A stretch of 64,000 nucleotides of DNA from Sedimentisphaerales bacterium (GCA_963708075.1 OY970194.1:6944001-7008000); one strand, 5' to 3'; positions 24,016-34,516 are shown, numbered from the stretch's first letter. Translations and numbers: made by a program. Notes: generated by a model not told the origin, from the sequence alone.

Positions 24016-25341
24016 TCATGGCTGTTTGCGGATCTTCACGCTGCGGGCGTGGGCGTCGAGGCCCTCGACTTCGGCCAGGCGGATGATGTCGTCGGCACTG
24101 GCGGCAAGCTGCTCGGCGCTGTACTCGATCAGGCTGATCGACTTGAGGAAGTCGTTGCACGTCAGGGCGCTGGAGAACTTGGCGCGGGTCCCGGTGGGCA
24201 GGGTGTGGCTGGGGCCGGCCCAATAGTCGCCGACGGCCACCGGCGTGTGCGGACCGATGAAGATAGCTCCGGCGTTGGTGATTTTCTCGGCGATTTGACG
24301 GCTCTGTGAGCCGCACTGAACCTCCAAATGCTCGCAGGCGAATTCATTGGCGAGAGTGATGGCGGTGTCCATGTCCTTCAACACGATGATCCGGCTGAAG
24401 CGATTGAGGGATTGGGCTGCCTCTGTCGCTCGCGGCAATGCATTGAGCTGCTCGCACAACTGTTCGAGGATAGCCCGGGCCAGTGGTTGCGAGTCGGTTA
24501 CCACGACCGCGCTGCTGTCGGTGCCGTGCTCGGCCTGGCTGAGCATATCCGCCGCTACCCACGCGGGATTGGCCTGGTCGTTCGCGATGATGAGCACTTC
24601 GCTCGGGCCGGCAATCGAATCGATCCCGACGTAATCACCGGCGACGTTCTTCTTGGCCGCTTGCACCCACTTGTTGCCCGGCCCGACGATCTTGTCCACC
24701 TTGGCAATCGTCCGCGTTCCGTGGGCAAGGGCGCCGACCGCCTGAATGCCGCCGAGCCGATAGACCTCCTCCACTCCCAACTCACGGCAGACGGCCAAGA
24801 TCACCGGATGGATCGTACCTTCGAACCTCGGGGGTGACACGACCGCGATTTCTTTGACGCCGGCCACCAGGGCGGGGACGACCGTCATGATCACTGTCGA
24901 TGGCAGGGGGGCGGCGGCTCCGGGCACGCAGACACCGACGCGCTTTAGTGACGTGTAGCGGATGCCTGTGCCTTGGGAAAACTGCCGCTGGTTGCCGATG
25001 AAGATCTTCTCCTGGTAGGCATGCACGTTGCGGATGGCCTTGCGCAATGATTCGAGCAGGCGGGCGTCGATGCCTCTGTGGGCTTCGTCCAGAGCCTGTC
25101 GCGTGACGCGGAACTGGCCGGGACTGAGCTTCACGCCGTCGAATTTCTCGGTGTATCTGGCGACCGCGTTATCACCCTGTTCTGCGACCTCGCGGAGGAT
25201 TGTCACGACAGTCTGGCTTTCCTTGCTGTCATACCCGGCCAGCCGGGCCGCCGACAGAATCGTGGACCGCAGAACGCCGAGCTTCGCCTCGAAGTCGGGC
25301 TGGGACGTCTGAAGAAGGATGTCTTGCAGTAGATCACCCAT
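24016..25341 (-). CDS. hisD: Histidinol dehydrogenase
   Basis: VPGAAAPLPS, KIVGPGN, AGPSE, DMLSQAEH, EHLE, GDYWAGPSHTLPT. Confidence 0.97.
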   Translation of the reverse strand: MGDLLQDILLQTSQPDFEAKLGVLRSTILSAARLAGYDSKESQTVVTILREVAEQGDNAVARYTEKFDGVKLSPGQFRVTRQALDEAHRGIDARLLESLRKAIRNVHAYQEKIFIGNQRQFSQGTGIRYTSLKRVGVCVPGAAAPLPSTVIMTVVPALVAGVKEIAVVSPPRFEGTIHPVILAVCRELGVEEVYRLGGIQAVGALAHGTRTIAKVDKIVGPGNKWVQAAKKNVAGDYVGIDSIAGPSEVLIIANDQANPAWVAADMLSQAEHGTDSSAVVVTDSQPLARAILEQLCEQLNALPRATEAAQSLNRFSRIIVLKDMDTAITLANEFACEHLEVQCGSQSRQIAEKITNAGAIFIGPHTPVAVGDYWAGPSHTLPTGTRAKFSSALTCNDFLKSISLIEYSAEQLAASADDIIRLAEVEGLDAHARSVKIRKQP

Positions 25342-25347
25342 AGTCAC

Positions 25348-26271
25348 TCACTTGACAAAATTCCCGTAACCGTAGGCCCGTATCGTTCTCTGCAGCAGCA
25401 GATACTTTTTGCCTTTGAATTCCGTGACGAGTCCCGCGACGCTGAAGCGGATGCGCTCGGGCGAGGCCGCCTGCGTTTGCAGGGCTTGCTCGAGCACGCC
25501 ACACGGCAGCAACTCGTATCGCGTTCTGCCGATGTTCCAGCCGAAGGCGTCCGGGACAAAAACGAAGTGATCAGAGGCTGGAGGCTGGAGGCTGGAGACG
25601 GCAGGCGCGGGCTCGATTCTGCCGATGGCGTCCACGAGCATGCGGTCCGGGCTTTTCTGCACTCCCGGCTTGCCGCCCTCGCGCTGCGGCCCACGAACGA
25701 AGCGGCGATCCTTGAGCTTCTCAACGACTTCCTGCGGAATCGCCAACTCGGGGTCGCCCTCGCCGCTCTTTGCAGGTTCCCGAAGGGCCTGGGCTCCCTT
25801 GTCCAGCGCGTCCGGCGATTCTGCGCTCTTCAATTTGCTCAGCGGCAGGTAGTACGAGGGAAACAGGAAGCTCCTGTCGCGGAATCGGGTCACGCGGGCC
25901 GAAAGCCTGTACGTCGGCGTATGTCGATCGTTGGCGTCCGCGATCAACAGCTCCAGTGTTGTGCATGGGAGCAATTCGAATTGTGTCCCCGCAGCGACCG
26001 GGCCGTGGATGCTGTTGGCGTCTGCGACCAGTTCGAAGAGCCATGTGTCGCCCGCGCCGGCGGCAATGAGCTTTCCATCGGCGCTCGGCAGAACGATCCC
26101 GTCCGTCAGAGGCTTTGGCGGGCTCTGCTGTGCACTCAGGCTTGTTGAGGATGTCAGACTGAAGAGGACAGCGCATGCAATCGGAGCAATGATGGCTGCA
26201 CAGCAACTCTGCCAGTTTGAAATCTGAGATTTGAGATTTGGTTTCTTCACAGTTTCACAGTCCCAGCGCAC
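25348..26271 (-). CDS. Hypothetical exported protein with two internally repeated domains
   Basis: FELLPCTTLE..SARVTRFR vs YELLPCGVLE..AGLVTEFK; lies in the operon between LOG and hisD. Confidence 0.7.
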   Translation of the reverse strand: MRWDCETVKKPNLKSQISNWQSCCAAIIAPIACAVLFSLTSSTSLSAQQSPPKPLTDGIVLPSADGKLIAAGAGDTWLFELVADANSIHGPVAAGTQFELLPCTTLELLIADANDRHTPTYRLSARVTRFRDRSFLFPSYYLPLSKLKSAESPDALDKGAQALREPAKSGEGDPELAIPQEVVEKLKDRRFVRGPQREGGKPGVQKSPDRMLVDAIGRIEPAPAVSSLQPPASDHFVFVPDAFGWNIGRTRYELLPCGVLEQALQTQAASPERIRFSVAGLVTEFKGKKYLLLQRTIRAYGYGNFVK

Positions 26272-26785
26272 TCCTGATCACCTCGGGCACCTGGCCCGGC
26301 TCCCGAACGAAGGTAATGTATTTCACACACTTCGGATCGTCGGCGGCGACCAGATCGACCACCGGCTTCCAGAAATCGCCCACGAGGATCACCGGCCGGG
26401 CCCGGTCGAGAAAGCCCTTGTTCTTGAGCTCCCAGACGGCCGCCAGTTCCAGGAGCGTGCCCGTGCCGCCGGGCAGAACGACGTATGCCCGGCCGACCTT
26501 GATGAGATTGTGCAGCCGCTCTTGCAGCGAATCGGTCACAACCTCGTGCGTGACGAACTCGTTGGCGGCGCTATTCTTGAACGCACAGCACGTCACGCCG
26601 ATGATCTTGCCACCCGCCTCGGCAGCGCCCTTGGCCGCCGCAAGCATCGTGCCGCGGTACCCGCCGTTGGCGATGGTAAAGCCGGCCTGCGCCAATGCCC
26701 TCCCGACCTGCTCGGCGAGCATGTACGCCGGCTCGCCTGCCTGGGCCCTGCCTGTCCCGAAGATACTGACTACTGTCTCATCCAT
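26255..26785 (-). CDS. LOG-family (lysine decarboxylase-like) nucleotide-binding protein
   Basis: NGGYRGTM, PGGTGTLLEL motif. Confidence 0.9.
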   Translation of the reverse strand: MDETVVSIFGTGRAQAGEPAYMLAEQVGRALAQAGFTIANGGYRGTMLAAAKGAAEAGGKIIGVTCCAFKNSAANEFVTHEVVTDSLQERLHNLIKVGRAYVVLPGGTGTLLELAAVWELKNKGFLDRARPVILVGDFWKPVVDLVAADDPKCVKYITFVREPGQVPEVIRSALGL

Positions 26786-28751
26786 GAGCTTTCTGCCGCG
26801 TGTAGTTCAGCAGTCCCGCCGAGAGCAGGATGTCCCTGTCTCTGCCGGACAGCTCCAGTCTGCCGGTGAAACTGAACGAGCCATCCTTCTTGCGGATTGT
26901 GACGACGTCGCTGCTGCGGATCGCGCCGAGCAGATCGTCGATGGCCAACTCGTCTCCCGTCGTAAGCCTGTCGTGGTCGGCCGGATCGGCGAACCGGATC
27001 GGCACGATGCAGAAGTTGATCAGGTTCGCGCGGTGGATGCGCTCGATGCTCTTGGCAATTACCGCTCGCACGCCCAGGTACATTGGGCACAGGGCCGCGT
27101 GCTCGCGCGAGGAGCCCTGGCCATAACTTTCGCCGGCCACGATAATGCCGCCGATGCCTTTGCCCTTGAGTTCCAGAGCTCGCTCGGCGAACGTCGGCTT
27201 GCCCGGCTCGTTGAAGCTGTTGAACACCACCTTTGCATACTCCGGGACATTCGAGCGAAGCTTCAGGAACGTCCCGGCGGGCATGATGTGGTCGGTCGTA
27301 ATCTTGTCGGCGCACTTGAGCAGGATGCGTCCTGTCAGATTGGCCGGCAGGGGCGTCGGTGCTTCCGGCACGACGATGGTCCGGCCGCGAAGGACCTCGA
27401 CGCTACGTGCTTTCTCTTCGCTCAGGGCCGGCTCGATCATGCTGTCGTCGATGTCAAATTCGCGGGGCAGCTTGATCTTCGGATACGCGATTCCCATCTG
27501 TGCCGACAGGTCGCGCGGGTCGGCGATCTTGCCCGTCAGGACCGCCGCCACCGCTGTCTCGGGACTGACCAGGTACACCTGATCGCCCTTGGTGCCGCTG
27601 CGGCCGGCGAAGTTGCGATTGAACGTTCGCAGGCTCACCGTCCCGTCGGCGGGAGAGAAGCCCTGCCCGATGCAAGGCCCGCAGGCGGATTCGAGGATTC
27701 TTGCTCCGGCGGCGATCATGTCCGCGAGGGCTCCGTTCGCCGCCAGCATATTGAGCACTTCCCGGCTGCCCGGCGCCACGGCGAACTCGACCATCGGGTT
27801 GATCCGCCGGCCCTTGAGCACTTTCGCCACCATCATCATGTCCGCGAAGCTCGAATTGGTGCAACTGCCGATGGCCACTTGGCCTACTTTCGCCCCGGCG
27901 ATCTCGCGGACGCTTTTGACACAGTCCGGCGAGGAGGGACACGCCGCCATCGGCTCAAGCGATGATAGATCGATTGCAATCACCCGGTCGTACCGGACAT
28001 CCTTATCTGCCGCCATCGGGCGGTGATCCTGCTCGCGTTTCTGTGCGGCGAGGAACCTTCGCGTCTGCTCGTCGCTGCCGAAGATGCTCGTGGTCACGCC
28101 GAGCTCGGCGCTCATGTTCGTGATCGTCGCCCGCTGCGGCACCGTGAGGCTCTTGACTCCGCTGCCGAAGTACTCGACCGCCCAGCCGACATTGCCCTTG
28201 GTCGTCAACTCGCTGAGCAGTTTCAGAATGACGTCCTTGGCGGCCACCCAGTCGCCCAGTTTGCCGGTGAGTTTCACGCCGAGCACCTTGGGGCACTGCA
28301 GATAGAACGGCCCGCCGCCCATCGCCACGGCGACGTCGAGCCCGCCCGCGCCGATGGCGAGCATCCCGATCCCGCCGCCGGTCGGCGTGTGCGAATCGCT
28401 GCCGAGCAGCGTCGCGCCAGGCTTGCCGAACCGCTCCAGGTGCACCTGATGGCAGATACCGTTGCCCGCCCGCGAATGATAAACCCCGCTCTTTGCGGCG
28501 ACGGTCTGCAGGTACAGATGATCGTTGTGATTCTCCGGCCCGAAGCCTGCCATGTTGTGATCGACGTAGCTTACGGACAGGTCTGTCCGAACCCGTCCGA
28601 CTCCCATGGACTCGAACAGCAGGAACGCCGTCGTCCCTGTTGCGTCCTGCGTCAGCGTCTGGTCAATCCGTATCCCGATCTCCTCGCCGGGCACAAGCCG
28701 GCCTTCAACGAGGTGCTGCTCCAATATCTTGTAGATAAGCGTCTTACCCAA
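26778..28751 (-). CDS. Aconitate hydratase (short, ~655 aa type)
   Basis: TQDATG, DHN, GICHQ, DSHT, GSCTN, CGPCIG, NRNF, ITTDHI, YGQGSSREHA; TTG start after AGGAG. Confidence 0.93.
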   Translation of the reverse strand: MGKTLIYKILEQHLVEGRLVPGEEIGIRIDQTLTQDATGTTAFLLFESMGVGRVRTDLSVSYVDHNMAGFGPENHNDHLYLQTVAAKSGVYHSRAGNGICHQVHLERFGKPGATLLGSDSHTPTGGGIGMLAIGAGGLDVAVAMGGGPFYLQCPKVLGVKLTGKLGDWVAAKDVILKLLSELTTKGNVGWAVEYFGSGVKSLTVPQRATITNMSAELGVTTSIFGSDEQTRRFLAAQKREQDHRPMAADKDVRYDRVIAIDLSSLEPMAACPSSPDCVKSVREIAGAKVGQVAIGSCTNSSFADMMMVAKVLKGRRINPMVEFAVAPGSREVLNMLAANGALADMIAAGARILESACGPCIGQGFSPADGTVSLRTFNRNFAGRSGTKGDQVYLVSPETAVAAVLTGKIADPRDLSAQMGIAYPKIKLPREFDIDDSMIEPALSEEKARSVEVLRGRTIVVPEAPTPLPANLTGRILLKCADKITTDHIMPAGTFLKLRSNVPEYAKVVFNSFNEPGKPTFAERALELKGKGIGGIIVAGESYGQGSSREHAALCPMYLGVRAVIAKSIERIHRANLINFCIVPIRFADPADHDRLTTGDELAIDDLLGAIRSSDVVTIRKKDGSFSFTGRLELSGRDRDILLSAGLLNYTRQKAHG

Positions 28752-28924
28752 TCCGGCTACTCCTAACAAACCAGTTCAACGCCCACACTCTACCAGAACC
28801 CGTCCCGAAACACAAACCCTTGCTAAGACCCGATTTGCCGTGCAAGCGAAGGTCTTTACAGCCGACGCGTTTCAGGGTAGAATAAGAATCAGGGGACACG
28901 TTTTCTGGAACAGGAGGAATCAAG

Positions 28925-30556
28925 ATGAGGCTGGCGTTGCGGAGTTGCCTGTGCATCCTGTGGGTCTTGGTGTTTCTTGGCGAAGGGGTCGTCTTGGCCG
29001 ATGATGACTCCAACAGTTGCCCCGTGAGTAGTCTTGTCTATCCGGGTCCTGACGGCAAGCTGGTCTATGCGCCGTATGCAAACTGCGGTGACACGCGGAA
29101 ACTCAATACCATTCCGGACTGGTCATCTTGTGGGTATCTGGGCGGGGGCGTCAGGATCCCGGATGTCCCAGCCGTTGTGACGATTTCGCCTGTCTCAGGT
29201 GATAATCGGTCCAGCATCCAGGCCGCAATCGACTACGTGTCAGAGTTGCCCTGCGATGCCAATGGCTTCCGGGGGGCGGTCCTGTTGACGAAAGGCCGCT
29301 ATCCGGTGGAAGGGACCCTCCAGATCGTCGCCGGCGGTGTTGTGCTCCGGGGCGAGGGACAGAGCCCGCAGGGGACCGCGATCGTGGACACGGGGCAGGG
29401 CCAGGACACCTTGATCGTCGTCAAGGGCGGATCGAGGGCGGATTTCACCAACATACGGGCCCGGATCACCGACCCCTTCGTGCCGGTCGGCGCCGTCCGT
29501 TTCCAGGTGTCCTCGGTGGCGGAGTTCCCCGTGGGCGACCGGGTGATTGTTCACCGCCAGACGAACGACAAATGGATCGATGACCTGAACATGAGACAAT
29601 ATGGCTGGACGGCGTCCGGCTATGAGGATCGATGGGAGCGGGTGATCACGGAGATCGTGGGCAATGAAATCACGTTAGATGCGCCTGTTGTGCAGGCCAT
29701 CGAGGAGCAGTACGGCGGGGGAGAGATCTATAAGTGCGCCATCGGGAGCCGGATCCGGCAGGTCGGCATCGAGAACCTGTGGCTGGAGTCCGAGTACGAT
29801 GATCCTACCGATGAGACTCACGGCTGGAATGCCATCGAACTGTCGAACGTGGAAGACGCCTGGGTCCGGCAGGTCACGTCCCGGTACTTCGGGTATTCCT
29901 GCGTAAGTGTGCTGGGCGGGGCCAGGAACGTCACGGTCCAGGACTGTGCCTGTCTCGATCCCAAGTCCCAGATTACGGGCAGCCGCAGGTATTCGTTCAA
30001 CCTCGACGATTGTTGTCTCGTGCTGGTGCAGCGGTGCTTTGCCCGTGAAGGCCGGCATGACTTCGTCACCGGGTCCCGGGTGCCGGGGCCAAATGTCTTC
30101 GTGGATTGCTTTGCCATGAACTGCCGTGCCGACTCGGGCAACCACCACCGCTACGCGGAGGGCACGCTGTTCGACAACGTGAAGGTCACGAATCTGGCGG
30201 TAGAGAACCGCCAGACCTCCGGCTCCGGGCACGGCTGGTCGGGCGCCCAGACGCTGTTCTGGAACTGCCAGGCTGCGACCATCTGCCATGCACCGCTGGG
30301 AGCGATGAACTGGGCCATCGGGATTGTCGGAATCCGGCGGTATGGGTCCTGGGCGCCGCAGGAGCCGTTGGGCCACTGGGAATCTCTCGGCGTGCACGTC
30401 TGTCCGCGAAGCCTCTATTACAAGCAATTGGAGGACCGGCTTGGCCCCGAGGCGGTGGACAATGTGACGACCCCTGCCCAGCGGGCCGGGACGATCTGGA
30501 CTCAACTGCAGAATTGGGCCGGTTTGGACGACGATCTGCTCGCTGCTGCAGAGTAG
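28925..30556 (+). CDS. Secreted right-handed beta-helix (pectate-lyase-like) protein
   Basis: Signal peptide; IPDWSSCGY, IQAAIDYV, GVVLRGEG, repeated beta-helix turns. Confidence 0.75.
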   Translation: MRLALRSCLCILWVLVFLGEGVVLADDDSNSCPVSSLVYPGPDGKLVYAPYANCGDTRKLNTIPDWSSCGYLGGGVRIPDVPAVVTISPVSGDNRSSIQAAIDYVSELPCDANGFRGAVLLTKGRYPVEGTLQIVAGGVVLRGEGQSPQGTAIVDTGQGQDTLIVVKGGSRADFTNIRARITDPFVPVGAVRFQVSSVAEFPVGDRVIVHRQTNDKWIDDLNMRQYGWTASGYEDRWERVITEIVGNEITLDAPVVQAIEEQYGGGEIYKCAIGSRIRQVGIENLWLESEYDDPTDETHGWNAIELSNVEDAWVRQVTSRYFGYSCVSVLGGARNVTVQDCACLDPKSQITGSRRYSFNLDDCCLVLVQRCFAREGRHDFVTGSRVPGPNVFVDCFAMNCRADSGNHHRYAEGTLFDNVKVTNLAVENRQTSGSGHGWSGAQTLFWNCQAATICHAPLGAMNWAIGIVGIRRYGSWAPQEPLGHWESLGVHVCPRSLYYKQLEDRLGPEAVDNVTTPAQRAGTIWTQLQNWAGLDDDLLAAAE

Positions 30557-30719
30557 GCGTCTCGTCTTTTTCGCTCTCATGGGCCTGTCCGGGTGGGGCC
30601 ACGAAATCGAGTCGCACTCCGAGAAAGCGGTTTGAGGAGGAACGGTCTGCGTGTATCATTGGAGCCATGGCGGCGTGAATCGCAGTTGCGAATTCCACGG
30701 CAATCATGAGGCGGATGAC

Positions 30720-32039
30720 ATGAGCGATAACGGCAAAGGGCGGAGTAAACGATTCAAACTCAATAACTGGCACGTGACTCTTGCGGCCATCGTAGCCGTG
30801 GTAGGGCTCATAGCTCTCTACATCGTGATGGCCAGGGCTCGCCTGGATCGCCGGCTGGAGGCATTGCGGGCCGCCGGGTATCCGACCACCCTCGCCGAAC
30901 TGGCCGAGTACAACAAGCCGCCCGAGGGGACGGCGAACGCGGCCGGCGTGTACATGGAGGCGTTTGCCGCGTATGCGCCGCCACTGGATGGCACGAATGT
31001 GCCGTATCTCGGATCGGCCCGGCTGCCGGACCGAGGCAAGCCTCTGCCCGAGCCGATGGTCAAGGCGATCTCGCAGTGCCTGGCGAGCAACCAGCAATGC
31101 CTTTCCCTGTTGCACGAGGCCGCCGGCATCCAGGATTGCAGGTATGACTGGGATTGGCGGAAGTTCGCGGCAACGGGATTCACGCAGTTGACCGATGTGA
31201 AACAGTGTGCACAACTGCTGGGATTGAGTGCAACCTATTACTCGCACACGGGCGATCCCAATGCGGCTGCCAGATGTATCGAGGATGGGCTGTGCTTGGC
31301 GGATTCGCTCCGACGGGAGCCGGCGCTGATCAACTACCTGGTGCGAGTCGCCTGTGTTGGCCATTCAGTCGCGAGCCTGGAGCGGAGCTTGAGCACGGCC
31401 GCCTTCACGGACCAACAGTTGGCACAGTTGGACGAGGCGCTGACAGCAACCGCCGGCACGATCGATCTCACGCAGGCCATGATTACGGAGCGATGCGTCA
31501 TGATCGAGACGTGCCGAGACCCGTTTCTCGCGGCCGGACCCGGTCCGGGCCCCAAACCCCGGATGCTTCCGGGCATGACGAGAACAGGGATCGCCGACAT
31601 CCTGGACTATATGGGGGATTGTATCGAGGCCTCCAAGCGGCCGCCCATGGAGCGGCTGGCAGGATTTCGGGAGGCCACGGGAAAAGTGGAGGACCTCTCG
31701 GTCCTGCATGTCATGATCAAGATGCTGGCCCCATCATTGGGCCGGGTGGCGGAACTGGACCTGCGGGCCCGTGCGCGCATCGATTCGGCCAGGACGGCCC
31801 TGGCTATCGAGCGATACCGCCTGGCGACCGGCAAGTTGCCGGAGCGATTGGCAGAGCTTGTGCCCCAGTACCTTAAAGAGGTGCCGATCGATCCCTTTGA
31901 CGGCAATCCCATCCGGTATAAACGCACGGAACCGGGCTATCTCCTTTACAGCATCCTGGGCGACGGGGACAACGGCGGCAAAGAGAAACAGCCGAAAAGC
32001 AGCGAACCCTACGACTGGCCCTTCATCGTGGCACGCTAG
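30720..32039 (+). CDS. Hypothetical membrane-anchored protein with pilin/GspG-like C-terminus
   Basis: Single N-terminal TM; ALAIERYRLATGKLPERLAELVPQYLKEVPIDPFDG..LLYS motif. Confidence 0.7.
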   Translation: MSDNGKGRSKRFKLNNWHVTLAAIVAVVGLIALYIVMARARLDRRLEALRAAGYPTTLAELAEYNKPPEGTANAAGVYMEAFAAYAPPLDGTNVPYLGSARLPDRGKPLPEPMVKAISQCLASNQQCLSLLHEAAGIQDCRYDWDWRKFAATGFTQLTDVKQCAQLLGLSATYYSHTGDPNAAARCIEDGLCLADSLRREPALINYLVRVACVGHSVASLERSLSTAAFTDQQLAQLDEALTATAGTIDLTQAMITERCVMIETCRDPFLAAGPGPGPKPRMLPGMTRTGIADILDYMGDCIEASKRPPMERLAGFREATGKVEDLSVLHVMIKMLAPSLGRVAELDLRARARIDSARTALAIERYRLATGKLPERLAELVPQYLKEVPIDPFDGNPIRYKRTEPGYLLYSILGDGDNGGKEKQPKSSEPYDWPFIVAR

Positions 32040-32066
32040 GCCGATGCCTCTGGCGGCGGAACGGAC

Positions 32067-32095
32067 TTGACGCAGCCCGCCTGCTGATGCATAGT
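32067..32095 (+). promoter_or_regulatory. Sigma70-like promoter for the SIR2-like gene
   Basis: TTGACG-17 bp-CATAGT. Confidence 0.45.
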
Positions 32096-32137
32096 ACGAG
32101 GAAGGATTGTGAGTCTTGGCTGGAGGCTTATATTGCC

Positions 32138-33145
32138 ATGATTCAGACGCGGACTGTGTTTGTCCTCGGGGCTGGCGCCAACTGCCCGTACGGCTTCCCG
32201 ACTGCGAAAGGCCTGCGCGAACAAATCCTCTCGTCTTTCGTGAATCGGTACACTCAGTTTCTCGGCGACCCCAGTCGAGGAATTGGGGCTGGGCGAACAG
32301 CGAGCGGATACCCGAGCTTAGACGAAGCAAAGCGCTTTGTGGAGTGCTTTGACCTGTCAAGCACCAAGTCAATAGATCTTTTCCTGTCGAGGAATCCGCG
32401 GTTTGAGAAGATCGGCAAGATGGCGATTTGTCTCAGTATTCTCTATGCAGAGAGATATTGCGATTTCCGTGAGCAGATCAAGAAGGCGGAAGCAGAACAT
32501 GACTGGTATTTCTACCTCTATGACAGACTCACGCGAGATGCAACAGGGAAAGATGATTATAGCCAGCTCGCTGAAAACCGCGTTACCTTCGTGACGTTCA
32601 ACTATGATCGTTCTCTTGAGCACTTCCTGTTTACCAGTCTGCTGCACTCCTTCGAGGGGATAGATGAACAGAGGACTAAGGAGGAACTCAGGAGAAAACC
32701 CGTCATTCACGTCTATGGAAAGCCCGCGTCCTTGCCATGGGAGCGAGATGATGGTCAGGGAACGCTTCCGTATGCATCACAAATTGATGACTTTGCGTCC
32801 GTAGACCTCCTTGGTATTAGTAACAACATCTACGTGGTTCATGGAGAGAGGATAAACCCCAATCTGGAGAGCGCACGTAAGAAGGTACACGAGGCAGACC
32901 ACGTGTTCTTCCTTGGCTTCGGTTACGCAAAAGAGAACTTGGAGATACTCGGATTGCCCGGCGTGCTACGGCGAGATCATCAGATATACGGAACTGCTCT
33001 GGGCTGGACTGACAGAGAGATCAACGGAATTAGGAACGACTTTCTTGACGGCTTGCGGCGCAGCGGCAGGCACACCCTTGGCGTTGGCGATCAAGTTCAG
33101 ATAGAGCAGTGTGACTGTGTCGCTTTGCTCCGCGAATTCCTGTGA
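32138..33145 (+). CDS. SIR2-like (SIR2_2/AbiH-type) protein
   Basis: VFVLGAGA..YGFP, VTFNYDRSLE, HVYG, FLGFGY..EN motifs. Confidence 0.75.
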   Translation: MIQTRTVFVLGAGANCPYGFPTAKGLREQILSSFVNRYTQFLGDPSRGIGAGRTASGYPSLDEAKRFVECFDLSSTKSIDLFLSRNPRFEKIGKMAICLSILYAERYCDFREQIKKAEAEHDWYFYLYDRLTRDATGKDDYSQLAENRVTFVTFNYDRSLEHFLFTSLLHSFEGIDEQRTKEELRRKPVIHVYGKPASLPWERDDGQGTLPYASQIDDFASVDLLGISNNIYVVHGERINPNLESARKKVHEADHVFFLGFGYAKENLEILGLPGVLRRDHQIYGTALGWTDREINGIRNDFLDGLRRSGRHTLGVGDQVQIEQCDCVALLREFL

Positions 33146-33163
33146 AGGGAGCGACGATCGGCC

Positions 33164-33238
33164 ATGTCATTCCCGCGCAGGCGGGAATCCAGGAAGCTGC
33201 GAGGCATTCATGGACCCCCGCCTGCGCGGGGGTGACAT
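33164..33238. repeat. REP-like double palindrome, family A (inverted copy of 6094-6164)
   Basis: atgtcattcccgcgcaggcgggaatcca ... tggacccccgcctgcgcgggggtgacat; between convergent genes. Confidence 0.85.
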
Positions 33239-33253
33239 ACGATGGTTGCGACT

Positions 33254-34516
33254 CTATGTGAGTGTAGTTGCCCTCAGCCGGTGCAAGACTTCGCCGGCGT
33301 GGGGGACTACCAGGATTCCCTCTTGCTCGCGGTTTTCGTAGGCGGCCACCTTGATGTCGGCGCAGGACATGTAGCCGAGGTTGATCTTTTCGCAGCGTTC
33401 CTTGGAGATACCGGTGGCGAGAATGACGTTGACGCGGGGTTTTTCGATGCCGTTCTCGAATGTGCCGCAGCCTCGGACGTGCGTCGAGTGGGCCAGGGAC
33501 GAACGCGGGATGTCGCGGAACCTGTCCATCTGCTTGAGGAAGTAGTCGCGCGTGTGATAGCCGATGCGGTCGAGGACCTTGCCGTGCGTGTAGGAGACCT
33601 CGGTGATGTGCGGGGCATAGATGATCAGCGTGCCGCCGTCGGCGACGATCGGTTCGAGCTTGTACATGACCTTGCCGGCGGTCCAGATGTCGTCGTACAT
33701 TTCGGGGCACAGGCCGAGGACCGTGTGGTAGGGGTGGTCCTTGTACACGATGTGGACCTCGTTGGACAGGTCCGCCGCCTTTTCCCAGGCTTCGAGGCAG
33801 TCACCGAGGAACAGGCCCTTGAGCTTGCCCTCGGCCGCCACGATGGCGATCAGGGCGTGCGGGACATTGATCAGCGAGGCGGCCTTCTCGACCACCTTGC
33901 GAGTCGCCGTCCATTTGCAGCCGTTGATCGCCGGATTCGTGATGATCGCGCCGAGCCAGTGGAAGAAGTTGATGATCTCATCGCCTGCGATGCCGGGGAA
34001 GACGTACTTATGACCGCCGGAAAAGCCGACAACCTCGTGCGGGAAGACGGGGCCGAGGATCAGGAACGTGTCATAGGCGAAGAGTAGCTTGTTGAGCCGG
34101 ACGTCCACCTCCTCGCGGAAGAGGCCGCCGCTGATCTCATGAACCTCGTCGGCGGTGATCCGGCCGATGGACGTGAATGTCTCGGGCTTGTCCCATTCAT
34201 GGTTGAAGAACCGCACGGAGGCGTACTTGCTCCGTCGTTCACTCAGCGTCATGGAGAGCCGCTTGCAGATTTGCAGCTCACTGAGCGGCTGGTGCGTTCC
34301 GAGCGCGACCAGGCAATCGACCGCTTTGGCTTGCCGGCCCAGATGGCCGTACATCAACTTGAAGATCTCGCCGATGGGCCCGGAGCGGGTGTTGTCCGGG
34401 ATCAGCACGAGGACCCGTTTGCCGGCGTAATCGTTCTTTGAGAAGTACTCGCCGAAGGCCTCATTCGCCTGCCGACTGCTGACGGCGCCATCTTTGTTCT
34501 GTCGCTCGATAATCAT
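33254..34516 (-). CDS. LarA-superfamily (lactate racemase domain, DUF2088) nickel-pincer epimerase/racemase
   Basis: LIPDNTRS, ALGTH, NH, PHEVVGFSGGHKYVFPG, GGTLII motifs. Confidence 0.88.
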   Translation of the reverse strand: MIIERQNKDGAVSSRQANEAFGEYFSKNDYAGKRVLVLIPDNTRSGPIGEIFKLMYGHLGRQAKAVDCLVALGTHQPLSELQICKRLSMTLSERRSKYASVRFFNHEWDKPETFTSIGRITADEVHEISGGLFREEVDVRLNKLLFAYDTFLILGPVFPHEVVGFSGGHKYVFPGIAGDEIINFFHWLGAIITNPAINGCKWTATRKVVEKAASLINVPHALIAIVAAEGKLKGLFLGDCLEAWEKAADLSNEVHIVYKDHPYHTVLGLCPEMYDDIWTAGKVMYKLEPIVADGGTLIIYAPHITEVSYTHGKVLDRIGYHTRDYFLKQMDRFRDIPRSSLAHSTHVRGCGTFENGIEKPRVNVILATGISKERCEKINLGYMSCADIKVAAYENREQEGILVVPHAGEVLHRLRATTLT

